A DNA stretch of 64,000 nucleotides from Pyrinomonadaceae bacterium (GCA_044229875.1 JBGASE010000001.1:29639-93638); one strand, 5' to 3'. Positions 30,306 to 40,876 are shown, counted from the first letter of the stretch. Program-made: numbers and translations. Notes: a model not told the origin generated them from the sequence alone.

Positions 30306-31760
30306 TCAACCGACCGTCGACCGGTAGGTCTCGCGATGCCGTCGGCGAGCCTCGTCATACAGCTGATGCCTTTCCCGATCGAACTGAAACACGCGCCCGG
30401 CGGCCTCCGCCGACGATACTTTCGCGCCAGCGATCTGCAGTGCGTAAATCGCCGCGCCGCGTGATGACGCTTCCCGCGTCTCAGGAAGGAAAAGATCGCG
30501 GCCGATGACGTCGGCGATGATCTGCGTCCATACCGGCGATTCACGAAGCGCGCCGCCCGATGCAACGATTGATGTGATCGGATTAACTGAATCGAGCCGA
30601 TCGAAAATTTCGGCGAATCGATACGCGACCGACTCGAGCCCGGCTTGGACGATATCAATCGCGTCGGACGTCGAACGCAGCCCGATGATCGCGCCGGTCG
30701 CATTCTCGTGATAGCCGGTGCTTCGTTCACCGAAAAAAAATGGAAGGAACGAAAGTTGGTGCGCCGCCGGCGGGCGGTTCGCAATCTCCGATTCGATCTC
30801 GTCGTCAGTTCCTGTGAGGCGCAGATTGTCCTTCATCCAGCGGTAAAGTCCGCCGCCGTCCGAAAGCGCGCCGCCGATGATCACGCGTGAACCGTCGATC
30901 CGATACGACCACAGGCCATCGGGTATTGTTTGCGGTACGTCGCCTTCGAACACAACGCGCATCGCGCCTGACGTTCCGATCATGAGCGCGGCTTTCCCGG
31001 CACCGACGCATCCCGCACCGATGTTGTTTGCGGCACCGTCCCCGATCGCCGGAAACCAATCGGCATCGGCCAATTGCGGCCACTTCGCCGAGAATTGCGT
31101 TCCCAATTTCAATGATTCGGCATCGGCCGCGATCCGCGGAAGCCGCGATCGGCCAAGCTTGAGATAGTCGCAGAGTTCGCGATCCCATTCGCAAAGCCGC
31201 TGATCGAATAAACCGGTCGCCGAGGCCATCGAGACACTCGTCGCGGTCGATCCGCAAACCCGCATACCGACATAATCGCTGAAGGAAATCCACTGCGAGG
31301 TCCGGGCGTAGTCGGTCGGAGACTCGGACTTGAGCCAGAGCAGCTTTGCCGGCCAGAAACTGGAATGAAAATGAGCGCCGGTCCGGTTGTGAGTTGCGAT
31401 CGGGTCAAGATCGCGGCGCAGCGTTTCGATATACTTCGCCGGTCGGTTCTCGGCCCATGCGAATACCTTGGTCGTCGGATTTCCGTCGGCGTCGATCCCG
31501 AGAATGCTGTGCCAGAATGATGAGATGGCGACGATCCGGATCGACCGTCCGGCCGATTTGCCGATCGCGTCGGCGATCGCTTCTTCGACCTGTGCGAAGG
31601 CCTCGTCGGCGTCGATTTCCGCGCCGCCGTCATCGGTAGCCGAAAGTGTTCGCTCATGTTTGATGAAGGATTCGGGTACCGCTTCGGCACGAAAGTCATA
31701 GAGTCCGGCGCGAACGCTTGAAGTTCCGATGTCGATCGATAATACGAATTCTTTGTTCAA
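30306..31760 (-). CDS. FGGY-family carbohydrate kinase (gluconokinase-like)
   Basis: 484 aa. SIDIGTSSVRAGLYD N-terminal ATPase motif and a GGALSDGG / ASGGALR second domain. Confidence 0.85.
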   Translation of the reverse strand: MNKEFVLSIDIGTSSVRAGLYDFRAEAVPESFIKHERTLSATDDGGAEIDADEAFAQVEEAIADAIGKSAGRSIRIVAISSFWHSILGIDADGNPTTKVFAWAENRPAKYIETLRRDLDPIATHNRTGAHFHSSFWPAKLLWLKSESPTDYARTSQWISFSDYVGMRVCGSTATSVSMASATGLFDQRLCEWDRELCDYLKLGRSRLPRIAADAESLKLGTQFSAKWPQLADADWFPAIGDGAANNIGAGCVGAGKAALMIGTSGAMRVVFEGDVPQTIPDGLWSYRIDGSRVIIGGALSDGGGLYRWMKDNLRLTGTDDEIESEIANRPPAAHQLSFLPFFFGERSTGYHENATGAIIGLRSTSDAIDIVQAGLESVAYRFAEIFDRLDSVNPITSIVASGGALRESPVWTQIIADVIGRDLFLPETREASSRGAAIYALQIAGAKVSSAEAAGRVFQFDRERHQLYDEARRRHRETYRSTVG

Positions 31761-31873
31761 GATGCTGCCAGTTTAATCGAAATACACGGCATCATGAAGC
31801 GCAAATCCTTTGATTGCAATCGTCTTTCGGTTATTATTGTTGCGAAACGAGCACGATAAGGAGCCCCTAGTTT

Positions 31874-32719
31874 ATGAAGACCTGTCAGTCCTGTGGCCAT
31901 TCAAATTCCGATGACATGAGTTTCTGCCTCGAATGCGGGAAGCCGCTGCCCGATGCGCCGATGGTTTTCAATCTCGGAACCGGTTCATCGCAACCGGGCG
32001 GTCAGCAGCCAAGTCAGTTCGGCGGGCCTCCGAGTTTTGGGAATCAGGGATTTCAGCAACAGCCGTTTTCGATGGTTCCGCCGTCGAAATCAAAGGGTTC
32101 CGGCAAGAAGATTTGGGTCGCGGTCGGCGGATTCTTTGCGTTGATCCTGCTTATTGTCGTCGGAATAGGCGGAATACTTGCTTACAACTATCTCGGAAAG
32201 CCTGACGACCCCGTTGTTAAGAAATCGCCATCGCCGGAAGCTTCGCCGTCGCCGTCGTCTTCTGTTGCGACTCCAAAGAAGGCGCAAGAGGTTTCTACTC
32301 CAAAAGTTGATGAATCGGTCCAATCCGAACCGCGGGCGAGTTCGAGCGAGATCACGGCCGATTTCAACGTCAAGCAGGGCGGTCGGCTCGGGATGCGCAT
32401 CAAAACGACGTTTACGGTTTATAACCTCAAAGGCAAAGATCTTTACCTCGCGCTTTATTTTCAGGATGAGGACGGCAATCCGCTGAAAACGACGAACACG
32501 AAATTTTCGACCACTGAAGGCGACGTCGCCGCGTTCTTTTCGCTCAAACCCGGATTTGACGAGGCATTTTATGAGAAGGTCGAAGTGTTCATGCCGTACG
32601 ATGAATTGAAGCTCAGTAAGGGAAAATACAACCTGAACATCGATGCCAGCGTGATTTATAAAGTCGGCGGATTGGTCGATCATCTCGACGACTATCCGTT
32701 TGAATATGAAAAGTTCTAA
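31874..32719 (+). CDS. zinc-ribbon, single-TM protein of unknown function
   Basis: 281 aa. CQSCGHSN...CLECGKPL zinc ribbon, Gln/Pro-rich linker, TM segment (IWVAVGGFFALILLIVVGIGGILAY), Ser/Pro linker and a beta-rich C-terminal domain. Confidence 0.6.
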   Translation: MKTCQSCGHSNSDDMSFCLECGKPLPDAPMVFNLGTGSSQPGGQQPSQFGGPPSFGNQGFQQQPFSMVPPSKSKGSGKKIWVAVGGFFALILLIVVGIGGILAYNYLGKPDDPVVKKSPSPEASPSPSSSVATPKKAQEVSTPKVDESVQSEPRASSSEITADFNVKQGGRLGMRIKTTFTVYNLKGKDLYLALYFQDEDGNPLKTTNTKFSTTEGDVAAFFSLKPGFDEAFYEKVEVFMPYDELKLSKGKYNLNIDASVIYKVGGLVDHLDDYPFEYEKF

Positions 32720-32723
32720 GCGA

Positions 32724-33032
32724 TCATTTGCCGCTTAGTCCGACGATTTTCACGAACCACCATCTGAGGCCGACGAACAGGAATCGGTAATCTTTGAAGA
32801 ATTCGGGCGGCTTGCCTTCAAACGCATGGCCGATAAACTGCAGTATCCAGCCGATGACGAACAGCCCGAGGGATATTCGCCACATTCCGGTGATAAAGAG
32901 GCAGGACGGAATAAGCAGGATCGAGACCGCGATCATCGGGATACCGAAAGCGTGGGTCAACCGGTTCATCGGATGCTGATGCCCCTCGGCATACTCCTCG
33001 ATCCAGTCTTCCCAAGTGCGTCCACCCATCAT
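32724..33032 (-). CDS. DUF962 (Mpo1-like) membrane protein
   Basis: Start chosen at MMGGRTW. HQHPMNRLTHAFGIPMI and QFIGHAFEGKPPEFF motifs. Confidence 0.7.
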   Translation of the reverse strand: MMGGRTWEDWIEEYAEGHQHPMNRLTHAFGIPMIAVSILLIPSCLFITGMWRISLGLFVIGWILQFIGHAFEGKPPEFFKDYRFLFVGLRWWFVKIVGLSGK

Positions 33033-33121
33033 AACGGCAACCTCCAGATTGAAATTTATTCGGATTTGATCCATTTCGTCGGATCAAGACCGGTTAATGA
33101 TACAACGATTCGTTGATCGCG

Positions 33122-33616
33122 CTAAACGACTTCGTTCGCGCCGTACTGATCAATCCGATCGTAAGTGCGGACGATGAGCCCGTCGCCGATATCTTCTGAC
33201 GATCGCTCAGCGAATCCTGCTAGAAAATCGGGCCGCATGAAGACATCGGCATCCTCAACCGAGACCGGCACTTCGGTCACGATCCAGCGGTCGATGAGAT
33301 CGCCAAAAGCATTGTAAATCTGTCCGCCGCCGATTATGTAAACGTCCTCAGTCGCGGCAATTCTGACGATCTCTTCACGGCTTCTGATTACTTCCGCGCC
33401 CGATACCCGGTCGATCGAACGCGTTCGGCTCAAGACAATATTCCGCCGGTTCGGAAGCGCCCGCCCGATCGATTCCCAGGTTTTGAAACCCATCACGATC
33501 GGATGTCCGCTCGTCGTCCGCTTAAAGAATCTGAGATCGGCCGGATAGTGCCACGGCAACGAGCCGTGACGCCCGAGGGCGAGATTTCTGGCGATGGCGA
33601 CAATGGCGATGATCAT
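33122..33616 (-). CDS. folA: dihydrofolate reductase
   Basis: 164 aa. IIAIVAIARNLALGRHGSLPW...DLRFFKRTTSGHPIVMGFKTWESIG. Confidence 0.9.
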   Translation of the reverse strand: MIIAIVAIARNLALGRHGSLPWHYPADLRFFKRTTSGHPIVMGFKTWESIGRALPNRRNIVLSRTRSIDRVSGAEVIRSREEIVRIAATEDVYIIGGGQIYNAFGDLIDRWIVTEVPVSVEDADVFMRPDFLAGFAERSSEDIGDGLIVRTYDRIDQYGANEVV

Positions 33617-33831
33617 TTCTTCAATTCACGGATCGACAAAGCACCCGACGGGCATTTGCCGACGGTTTCAACGATCTTTGCGGAATCGGCTCCGTCGATC
33701 TTGATCCATAATCGCTCCTTCGGCTGAAAAACTTCGGGCAGATTTCGGACGCAGTTTGCCGAATGCGTGCAGAGATCGCCTTTCCAGACCACCGTGATCT
33801 CTCCGTTTGTGTACGAATGTTCTTTGCTCAT
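33613..33831 (-). CDS. small divergent 4Fe-4S mono-cluster-like protein
   Basis: 72 aa. ITVVWKGDLCTHSANCVRNLPEVF...GKCPSGALS pattern. Overlaps the folA start by 4 nt. Confidence 0.55.
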   Translation of the reverse strand: MSKEHSYTNGEITVVWKGDLCTHSANCVRNLPEVFQPKERLWIKIDGADSAKIVETVGKCPSGALSIRELKK

Positions 33832-33836
33832 ATTTG

Positions 33837-34613
33837 TTAATGTGTCGCCAATCCGCAGTTTACGTTCAGATCCTGACCGGTGATCGCGCCGCCCGCGTCC
33901 GAACAGAGGAAGCGGACCGTTTCTCCGATTTCCTCAAGCGTCTCGAAACGCTTCAAGAGCGTTCGCGAACGGGTTGCGATGATCGATTCTTCGGGCGAGA
34001 TCATAAACGCCTCAGCGAGTTTTTCGTTGAATGCCGAACCGCTTTCGGTTTCGGGCTGAAAACCGGGAATTACGGTATTGACGGTGATGTTGAAGAAGCC
34101 CAACTCCGCAGCCAGAACGCGCGTCAGAGCCAATATCGCCGCTTTCGCGCTTGAATCCGCGGCCGCAAACGGCAGCGGATTTTTGCCCGATAGCCCGCCG
34201 ATGTTGATGATCCGGCCGCCGGCGCTTTCCTTGATATGCGGAATTGCCGCCTGACAGAACAGAAAGACCGAACGCAGATTCGTGTTGATGACATCGTCCC
34301 AGACTTCGACCGGCATCGTCTCGACCGAATGCCCTACTCCGACGGTCGCCACGTTGTTGACGAGGATGTCGATGCGCCCGAAATACTCGACCGTTTCCTT
34401 GACGATGCGGTCGATCTCGGATCGATCGCAGGCGTCGGCCTGAATCCCGAGCACTTTTCCGCCGAACGCCTCAATCTCGGCTTCGGCCGCCTTCAGGCGA
34501 TCGGCCGTCCGTCCGTTGATGACGACGCTCGCGCCGGCACGCGCCAGCGACTTGGCGATCGCGAGCCCGATTCCGGCCGTGCTGCCCGAGATGATTGCAA
34601 CTTTTTCGTTCAT
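33837..34613 (-). CDS. SDR-family oxidoreductase (FabG-like)
   Basis: Start at MNEKVAIISGSTAGIGLAIAKSL (TGxxxGIG), plus an NNV..VG and catalytic region. Confidence 0.9.
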   Translation of the reverse strand: MNEKVAIISGSTAGIGLAIAKSLARAGASVVINGRTADRLKAAEAEIEAFGGKVLGIQADACDRSEIDRIVKETVEYFGRIDILVNNVATVGVGHSVETMPVEVWDDVINTNLRSVFLFCQAAIPHIKESAGGRIINIGGLSGKNPLPFAAADSSAKAAILALTRVLAAELGFFNITVNTVIPGFQPETESGSAFNEKLAEAFMISPEESIIATRSRTLLKRFETLEEIGETVRFLCSDAGGAITGQDLNVNCGLATH

Positions 34614-34786
34614 ACAGCCATTCTGCAACATAAACCCGCCAAACCGAAAAAGGTGTCAAAGCGAAAATGGCGGCGCCGTTTGGAACGCGATCATAAATTC
34701 GCTCCATCGCATTTTCACTTTCAACACCTTTCAGTGATAAGATTTGCTACTTGTTGCTATAAGAAATCGTTAACTAACCGCAAATT

Positions 34787-36073
34787 ATGGATAAATTCTT
34801 AATTCGGGGCGGAAAGCCGCTTCATGGAAAGATCGAGATCAGCGGCGCCAAAAATTCGGCGCTGCCCTGCTTGGCGGCAACGCTGCTGACTGCCGAAACC
34901 GTGATTCTGCATAACGTTCCGTACGTCAAAGACCTGATCACGCAGCGTCGGTTGCTGGAAGACCTCGGCGCGACCGTTCTGACGCCGGAACTGCGCACGC
35001 ACAAAGTCACGGCCCGTAATATCGAAACATTCGAGGCGCCGTACGAACTCGTCAAGACAATGCGAGCCAGCGTGCTCGCGCTCGGGCCGTTGCTCGCGAG
35101 ATTCGGCCAGGCGAAAGTCTCGCTTCCCGGTGGATGCGCGATCGGAACGCGACCGATCGATCTTCATTTGAAAGCATTTGAAATCCTTGGCGCGACCGTT
35201 TCGCTCGAAGCCGGAAACGTCGTCGCGCGCGCACCTGAAGGCGGATTGATCGGGGCCGAAGTGAATTTCGAAAAGGTCACCGTCACCGGGACGGAGAACG
35301 TGATGATGGCGGCCAGCCTGGCGCGCGGAAAAACGACGATCAACAACGCCGCGTGCGAACCGGAAATCGACGATCTCGCCGAACTGCTCAACAAAATGGG
35401 TGCGCGGATCAAAGGCGCGGGAACGCCGACGATTGAGATCGAGGGAGTTGAAACACTCGGCGGAGCCGAACACACGATCATTCCTGACCGGATCGAGACC
35501 GGAACTTTTATTGTTGCGGCGGCGATCACCGGCGGCGATGTCGAGATCAAGAATTGTCGTCCGGATCATTTGCGTGCGGTGATCGAAAAGCTGCGCGAAG
35601 CCGGAGTCGTCATCGAAGAGCTCAACCAAAGCACGCTTCGCGTGACGGTCGGCTCAAACGGGCTCGTCGCGCGGGATGTGACGACCGAGCCGCATCCGCT
35701 GTTTCCGACCGATATGCAGGCACAGTATATGGCGCTGATGACGCAGGCCGAAGGAACGTCCGAGATCAAGGAGACGATCTTTGAAAACCGGTTCATGCAC
35801 GCGTCGGAGCTGATTCGTATGGGTGCCAAGATCGACATTCATGGAAATACCGCGGTCGTTCACGGCAAAACGAGGCTTTCCGGCGCGCCGGTGCTGGCGT
35901 CCGATCTTCGGGCTTCGGCGTCGTTGGTGCTGGCCGGACTTGCGGCTGACGGCGAAACGTTCATCGACCGCGTTTATCACATCGATCGCGGATACGAAAC
36001 AATCGTCAAGAAACTGCGTTCAATCGGCGCCGACATCGAGCGCGTCACCGAACACGTCGCGGCGGCGAATTAG
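34787..36073 (+). CDS. murA: UDP-N-acetylglucosamine 1-carboxyvinyltransferase
   Basis: 428 aa. [27 protein letters not shown]...[19 protein letters not shown]. Confidence 0.97.
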   Translation: MDKFLIRGGKPLHGKIEISGAKNSALPCLAATLLTAETVILHNVPYVKDLITQRRLLEDLGATVLTPELRTHKVTARNIETFEAPYELVKTMRASVLALGPLLARFGQAKVSLPGGCAIGTRPIDLHLKAFEILGATVSLEAGNVVARAPEGGLIGAEVNFEKVTVTGTENVMMAASLARGKTTINNAACEPEIDDLAELLNKMGARIKGAGTPTIEIEGVETLGGAEHTIIPDRIETGTFIVAAAITGGDVEIKNCRPDHLRAVIEKLREAGVVIEELNQSTLRVTVGSNGLVARDVTTEPHPLFPTDMQAQYMALMTQAEGTSEIKETIFENRFMHASELIRMGAKIDIHGNTAVVHGKTRLSGAPVLASDLRASASLVLAGLAADGETFIDRVYHIDRGYETIVKKLRSIGADIERVTEHVAAAN

Positions 36074-36254
36074 ACTGGAAAGATGCCCGCGAATCACGCG
36101 AAAGACGCTAAAAAGGCTGTTTGACGCGACCGCAACGACATCGTTAATCGCCCCGGTGGGCGAAACGAAGCGAACGTGATCTTCGGACAAAACTCTTGAT
36201 CCACTAATATGTTTGGCGTATTTCGCGCAGTTCGCGGGCAAACCGATTCTGAAT

Positions 36255-36297
36255 AAACAAAGCGGAAATGCGATCAATCCGCATTTCCGCTTTGTTT
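36255..36297. terminator. bidirectional rho-independent terminator between murA and kynA
   Basis: Perfect 18-bp inverted repeat AAACAAAGCGGAAATGCG / CGCATTTCCGCTTTGTTT with a 7-nt loop, A/T-flanked, lying between convergent genes. Confidence 0.75.
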
Positions 36298-36310
36298 TTC
36301 TCGAACGCGT

Positions 36311-37090
36311 TCAGACCTCGAGATGGGTTCTTGCTTCCCAGATCTCCGGAAAGAACTTCTTTGAAAGCGTCGATCTCAAATAGCCCGCACCTTCGGATCC
36401 GCCGGTTCCGCGCTTCATCCCGAGCATCCGTTCGACCATCAGAACGTGATGATATCGCCAGAGCGCGATGTTCTCATCGTGATCGATCAGCAGGTCCTGC
36501 ATATTGAAAAGGTCGGGATATGTCTCAGGCTTTTTAAGAATTTTCGTGATCGCAGCCACGCGTTCATCATTTGATCCGGTCGTGAATCCGTTGCGTTCCA
36601 GCAGCGACCAGAACGCGTCGGCCAACGAAGGCGACTCGAACCGCTTCTTCAGCCGGGCATGCGCGAACGGATCGAATTCAAAAAATTTGAGGATCCGTTC
36701 ATCCTTTGCTCCGGAAGAAAATTCAAGTTCACGAAACTGCATCGATTGAAAGCCGCTGGCCGGATTCAATCGGTCGCGAAACTCAAGAAATCCGATCTGG
36801 GCCATCGATTCAAGAATGTGAATCTGCGAGACCATTATCTTCTCGATCGCGTTGACCGCCTTGAGCGAGTGGTTGGCGCGGAACATCCGGCCCTCATTGA
36901 GCCAGCCGAGCGTGGCATCAACTTCGTGGAGTATCTGCCTGAACCAAAGTTCGTATGTCTGATGGATCACGATGAACAGCAATTCATCGTGACTGGTCGG
37001 TTCCGAAAGCGTCTCCTGAAGCGTAATCAGTTCGGGAACCTTCAGGTAACTGTTGTATGAAAGCTCCGGGTTTTCTCCGTACTCGTGCAT
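36311..37090 (-). CDS. kynA: tryptophan 2,3-dioxygenase
   Basis: 259 aa. YNSYLKVPELITLQ, HDELLFIVIHQTYELWFRQILHE, GTGGSEGAGYL motifs. Confidence 0.9.
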   Translation of the reverse strand: MHEYGENPELSYNSYLKVPELITLQETLSEPTSHDELLFIVIHQTYELWFRQILHEVDATLGWLNEGRMFRANHSLKAVNAIEKIMVSQIHILESMAQIGFLEFRDRLNPASGFQSMQFRELEFSSGAKDERILKFFEFDPFAHARLKKRFESPSLADAFWSLLERNGFTTGSNDERVAAITKILKKPETYPDLFNMQDLLIDHDENIALWRYHHVLMVERMLGMKRGTGGSEGAGYLRSTLSKKFFPEIWEARTHLEV

Positions 37091-37226
37091 AAACTATGAA
37101 CCAAAATCGAGATTCTCAATCGATCGAAACGATGCGAAAACAATGCAATCTTCTTCGACAATTCGGGGCAAGTCAATTTCGAGGCGTCGATCAATCAAAA
37201 ATAGCGGGAATACTTATGAAAACGTC

Positions 37227-37255
37227 TTGACAATAACATCAAATTTGGTTAAATT
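37227..37255 (+). promoter_or_regulatory. sigma70-like promoter TTGACA-17 nt-TAAATT upstream of cspA
   Basis: TTGACA at 37227-37232 and TAAATT at 37250-37255 in an A+T-rich intergenic region. Implies a 5' UTR of about 250 nt. Confidence 0.5.
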
Positions 37256-37513
37256 TTCGGACGTTCTAACAAAAACAACACTAAAAAATTAATCCCCAAA
37301 AAATCTTGCGGTTTAAGGTTTTCGACTAATTTGGAAATGGTTTTTTGAACATTTCTCTAAATCAACGTCCAATCGGTTTATTGCACCGCCTGGATGCGGA
37401 TTTTTCGTTTTTCTGCCTGTGTTTCAACAACGCGTGTGCCGAAAACTTGAGAGGAGCGAATCCCCGAAGATTCAAGAAAGAGCTGAATTCACTGAAGTTT
37501 GCAGGAGGAATTG

Positions 37514-37726
37514 ATGGATATGTCAAAAACGACCGGTAAGGTCAAATGGTTTAACAACGCGAAGGGTTACGGTTTTATCGAGAAACCGGGCGAACAGGAT
37601 ATTTTCGTGCATTACAGCGCGATTTCCGGCGACGGCTACAAAACCTTGGCGCAGGGACAGGAAGTCGAATTTGAAGTTACCAACGGCCCGAAAGGTCCGC
37701 AGGCAGAAAACGTAATGAAGGTTTGA
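37514..37726 (+). CDS. cspA: cold-shock protein (CspA family)
   Basis: AGGAGG lies 5 nt upstream of ATG 37514. [15 protein letters not shown] (RNP1) and DIFVHYSAI (RNP2). Confidence 0.95.
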   Translation: MDMSKTTGKVKWFNNAKGYGFIEKPGEQDIFVHYSAISGDGYKTLAQGQEVEFEVTNGPKGPQAENVMKV

Positions 37727-37761
37727 CGGATTGTTAGATCATTTCTACCGATTTCATCGAT

Positions 37762-37790
37762 AAAAAAAGCGGCTTGCGGGCCGCTTTTTC
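37762..37790. terminator. bidirectional rho-independent terminator after cspA
   Basis: AAAAAAAGCGGC-TTGCGG-GCCGCTTTTT hairpin with an A-run and a T-run, between convergent genes. Confidence 0.75.
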
Positions 37791-37793
37791 CGT

Positions 37794-38111
37794 CTAATCT
37801 TCCTCGCCGCGCTTCTTCAGCATACGGCGCCAAAGCTCGCGGTACGAAGTCAGCCGCGACATCAGCGTATTGAAATAGTAGCGCTGAGCGTATGACAGAT
37901 TCCGATTGTCGCTGATCCGTTTCATGTTCGCTTCGACGCGCCCGCGGGCTTCGAGCGGCGGCCGCTTCGTCGATCCGTTGAAGTAGATGTCAAAGTCGAT
38001 CTTGAGCTTTCGGATATCGTCCTCAATCCGCGAAAGCTGCTGATCGATCATCGCCGAGTCTTCCTTTTTCGAATTCGCCTGTCTGTGCAGTTTATTTCCA
38101 ACGATTGCCAT
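37794..38111 (-). CDS. hypothetical 105-aa protein
   Basis: Start chosen at MAIVGNKLHR. The upstream part of the 238-aa track ORF runs through the selA promoter region and overlaps the selA 5' end, so it was not accepted as coding. Coiled-coil-like sequence; no family recognised. Confidence 0.45.
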   Translation of the reverse strand: MAIVGNKLHRQANSKKEDSAMIDQQLSRIEDDIRKLKIDFDIYFNGSTKRPPLEARGRVEANMKRISDNRNLSYAQRYYFNTLMSRLTSYRELWRRMLKKRGEED

Positions 38112-38238
38112 ATTTTTTTGATTTGGGATCGGATGAGGCTCCGTATTTAAAACAGTTTTAACGCGATCGTAATTCCGAAAGTTTTTGATCGACGCAAATA
38201 ATGGATAAAAATACGGGCTTTGAACTAGAATCAATACG

Positions 38239-39645
38239 ATGGCAAACGATTCTTCAGATATGCAGGCGCTCGCCTTTGTTCCTTCGGTTGATGTTTTGCT
38301 GAGGACCGACACCGCAAAGCGAATCGCCGTGTCTACCGGATCAAAGCATCTTACAGTCCTTGCGCGCGCCGTGACTGACGCGCTCCGGCAAGAGTTGGTC
38401 GAGCGTACATTCGAAAATCCGTCACGTGAATCGCTGCTCGTTGCGGCCGAATCGCGTCTTGGAACCGCGTTTGAAAACGAACGAAAGACCGGTCTGAAGC
38501 GCGTCATCAACGCCAGCGGAGTGGTAATTCATACAAATCTCGGCCGGGCGCCATTATCGGCGGCCGCGCTTGAAGCGATCTCGGCCGCTTCCGGTTACTG
38601 CAATCTCGAATACAGCCTTGAAACCGGACGCCGAGGCAAACGCGGCGCGCGTGCCGAATCGCTCCTCGCCGAATTGACAGGTGCGGAGTCAGCGCTGATC
38701 GTCAACAACTGCGCGGCCGCCGCGTTTCTCGTGCTTCGTGTTCTGGCGGGCGGCGGCGAAGTGATCATTTCGCGCGGCGAACTGGTTGAGATCGGCGGCG
38801 ATTTCCGCGTCCCTGACGTTCTGACGGAATCGGGCGCATCGCTGCGGGAAGTCGGGACGACGAATCGCACAAAACTCGCCGACTATGAACGCGCGATCAA
38901 TGACTCGACGCGATTGATCCTAAAAGTTCATCCCTCGAATTACCGGATCATCGGCTTTACTGCGGCGCCGGAATTGGCCGACCTGGCCGACCTTGCGCAC
39001 CGCAACGGACTGATCTTGTTCGAAGATGCCGGTTCCGGCGCATTGGTCGACCTGACGGCGCACGGATTACGCGACGAACCGATGATCGCGTCGTCGATCG
39101 CGGCCGGCGCCGATGTCGTCACTTTCAGCGGCGATAAATTGCTCGGCGGCGTCCAGGCCGGACTGATCGTCGGCCGTGCGGAAACGGTTGAACGGATCAG
39201 AAAACATCCGCTCTATCGTGCGCTTCGCGTCGGCAAGCTAGCTTACGCCGCGCTTGAAGCGACGCTTGAGGCGTTTCGGCGCGATCCGCTTCTAGAGATT
39301 CCGGTGCTCCGGATGCTGTCGATGAGTTTGGCGGAAATCGAAGTCCGTGCTCAAGATTTTGCCGCAACGCTGAATCGGATCGGTGGAATTTCGGCGGCGG
39401 TAGTGCGCGGCCGGTCGGTCATCGGCGGCGGTTCGGCACCGGCCGTTCAGCCGGAAACGGCGCTCGTCGTCGTCGAACACGCAGGTCTTTCGGCATCAAA
39501 ACTGGAAGAACGCCTTCGCGCTTCCGAACCGCCCGTCATCGTTCGGATCTTCGACGGAAAACCAGCGATCGATCTCCGGACCGTTGAACCCGAAGATCAG
39601 CAAACGTTGGCCGATGTCTTCACGCGGCTTTTCACGCGAGACTAA
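38239..39645 (+). CDS. selA: L-seryl-tRNA(Sec) selenium transferase
   Basis: 468 aa. INASGVVIHTNLGRAPLS and the PLP-lysine region FSGDKLLGGVQAGLIVG...HPLYRALRVGKLAYAALEATL. Confidence 0.9.
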   Translation: MANDSSDMQALAFVPSVDVLLRTDTAKRIAVSTGSKHLTVLARAVTDALRQELVERTFENPSRESLLVAAESRLGTAFENERKTGLKRVINASGVVIHTNLGRAPLSAAALEAISAASGYCNLEYSLETGRRGKRGARAESLLAELTGAESALIVNNCAAAAFLVLRVLAGGGEVIISRGELVEIGGDFRVPDVLTESGASLREVGTTNRTKLADYERAINDSTRLILKVHPSNYRIIGFTAAPELADLADLAHRNGLILFEDAGSGALVDLTAHGLRDEPMIASSIAAGADVVTFSGDKLLGGVQAGLIVGRAETVERIRKHPLYRALRVGKLAYAALEATLEAFRRDPLLEIPVLRMLSMSLAEIEVRAQDFAATLNRIGGISAAVVRGRSVIGGGSAPAVQPETALVVVEHAGLSASKLEERLRASEPPVIVRIFDGKPAIDLRTVEPEDQQTLADVFTRLFTRD

Positions 39646-40721
39646 CTGCCGGCCCGAAAGTCCGTCATAAATTCCACGAAGCGCTCGACGCCTTCGACCG
39701 GAAACGCGTTGTAAATCGACGCTCGGATGCCGCCGACCGATCGGTGTCCTTTGAGTCCGCTGAATCCGTTCGCGGACGCCGCCGACAAGAACCGTTCCTC
39801 AAGTTCCTCCGACGGCAGTCTGAACGTCACATTCATCGCGGATCGCGCCTCGCGGTCCGCATGCGGCCGGAAATAACCGTCGCTGGCATCGAGCGCGTCA
39901 TACAAAAGCTTCGCCTTCGCCGCGTTGCGTACCGCAATTCCGCGCACCCCGCCCTCGCGCTCCAGCCATTCGCAAACCAGACTGATGAGATAAATGCCCC
40001 ACGTATTCGGCGTGTTCGGCATCGATTGGTGCACCGCAAACTCTCGATAATCGAGCATCGCCGCCTGATTGGCCGGAACTTTCGCGATCAGATCATCGCG
40101 AATGATGACGACCGTTACCCCTGACGGGCCGATGTTCTTTTGCGCTCCGGCGTAGATCAATGCGTAGCGATCAAGATCGATCGGCTTTGAAAGAATGTTC
40201 GATGACGCGTCGCAGATGACGGGGATTCCGCCACCGTCAAGATCGTATTTGAACTCGACGCCGTCGATAGTTTCATTCGAACAGTAGTGAATGTAATCGG
40301 AATCGGGATGAAAACGCAGCTGGTCCGGTTCCGGGATCGAGCGGAAACCCGTCGACTCCGTATTAATCGGAACCGCGACCGCTCCGAATTTCCGCGCCTC
40401 GGCCGCGGCTTTTTTTCCCCAGGCGCCGGTGATCACGTATTCGCCGCGACGTTTGAGAAAGTTCATCGGGATCATTGAAAACTGGAGGGACGCGCCGCCT
40501 TGCATGAAAAGGATCCGGTAGTGATCGGGAACGCCGAGAAGCCGGCGGAGTCCGGCCTCGGCCCGGTCGAGGATCTCAATGAACTTCGCCGACCGATGGC
40601 TGAGCTCCATCACGCTCATTCCGATTCCGTCCAACGAAAGCATCTCTTGCCGGGCCGTTTCCAAAACTTCCGGCGGCATCATCGCGGGTCCGGCACTGAA
40701 GTTGTAAATCGTGTTTGTCAT
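39642..40721 (-). CDS. serC: phosphoserine aminotransferase
   Basis: 359 aa. YNFSAGPAMMPPEVL, and GAQKNIGPSGVTVVII with the PLP lysine. Confidence 0.95.
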   Translation of the reverse strand: MTNTIYNFSAGPAMMPPEVLETARQEMLSLDGIGMSVMELSHRSAKFIEILDRAEAGLRRLLGVPDHYRILFMQGGASLQFSMIPMNFLKRRGEYVITGAWGKKAAAEARKFGAVAVPINTESTGFRSIPEPDQLRFHPDSDYIHYCSNETIDGVEFKYDLDGGGIPVICDASSNILSKPIDLDRYALIYAGAQKNIGPSGVTVVIIRDDLIAKVPANQAAMLDYREFAVHQSMPNTPNTWGIYLISLVCEWLEREGGVRGIAVRNAAKAKLLYDALDASDGYFRPHADREARSAMNVTFRLPSEELEERFLSAASANGFSGLKGHRSVGGIRASIYNAFPVEGVERFVEFMTDFRAGS

Positions 40722-40876
40722 CGCGGTCGATGGGTAAAATCTACCATAATCCCGAGCCGTAATTCATGCCGTCGATCTCATCGCAACCTCAAACCGAATC
40801 GATATCGCAAACAAAACTTCGATCCGGGAAAATATTTGTTGATTTAACCGCGAGTTTTCGGTAAGTTTATCGTAAA

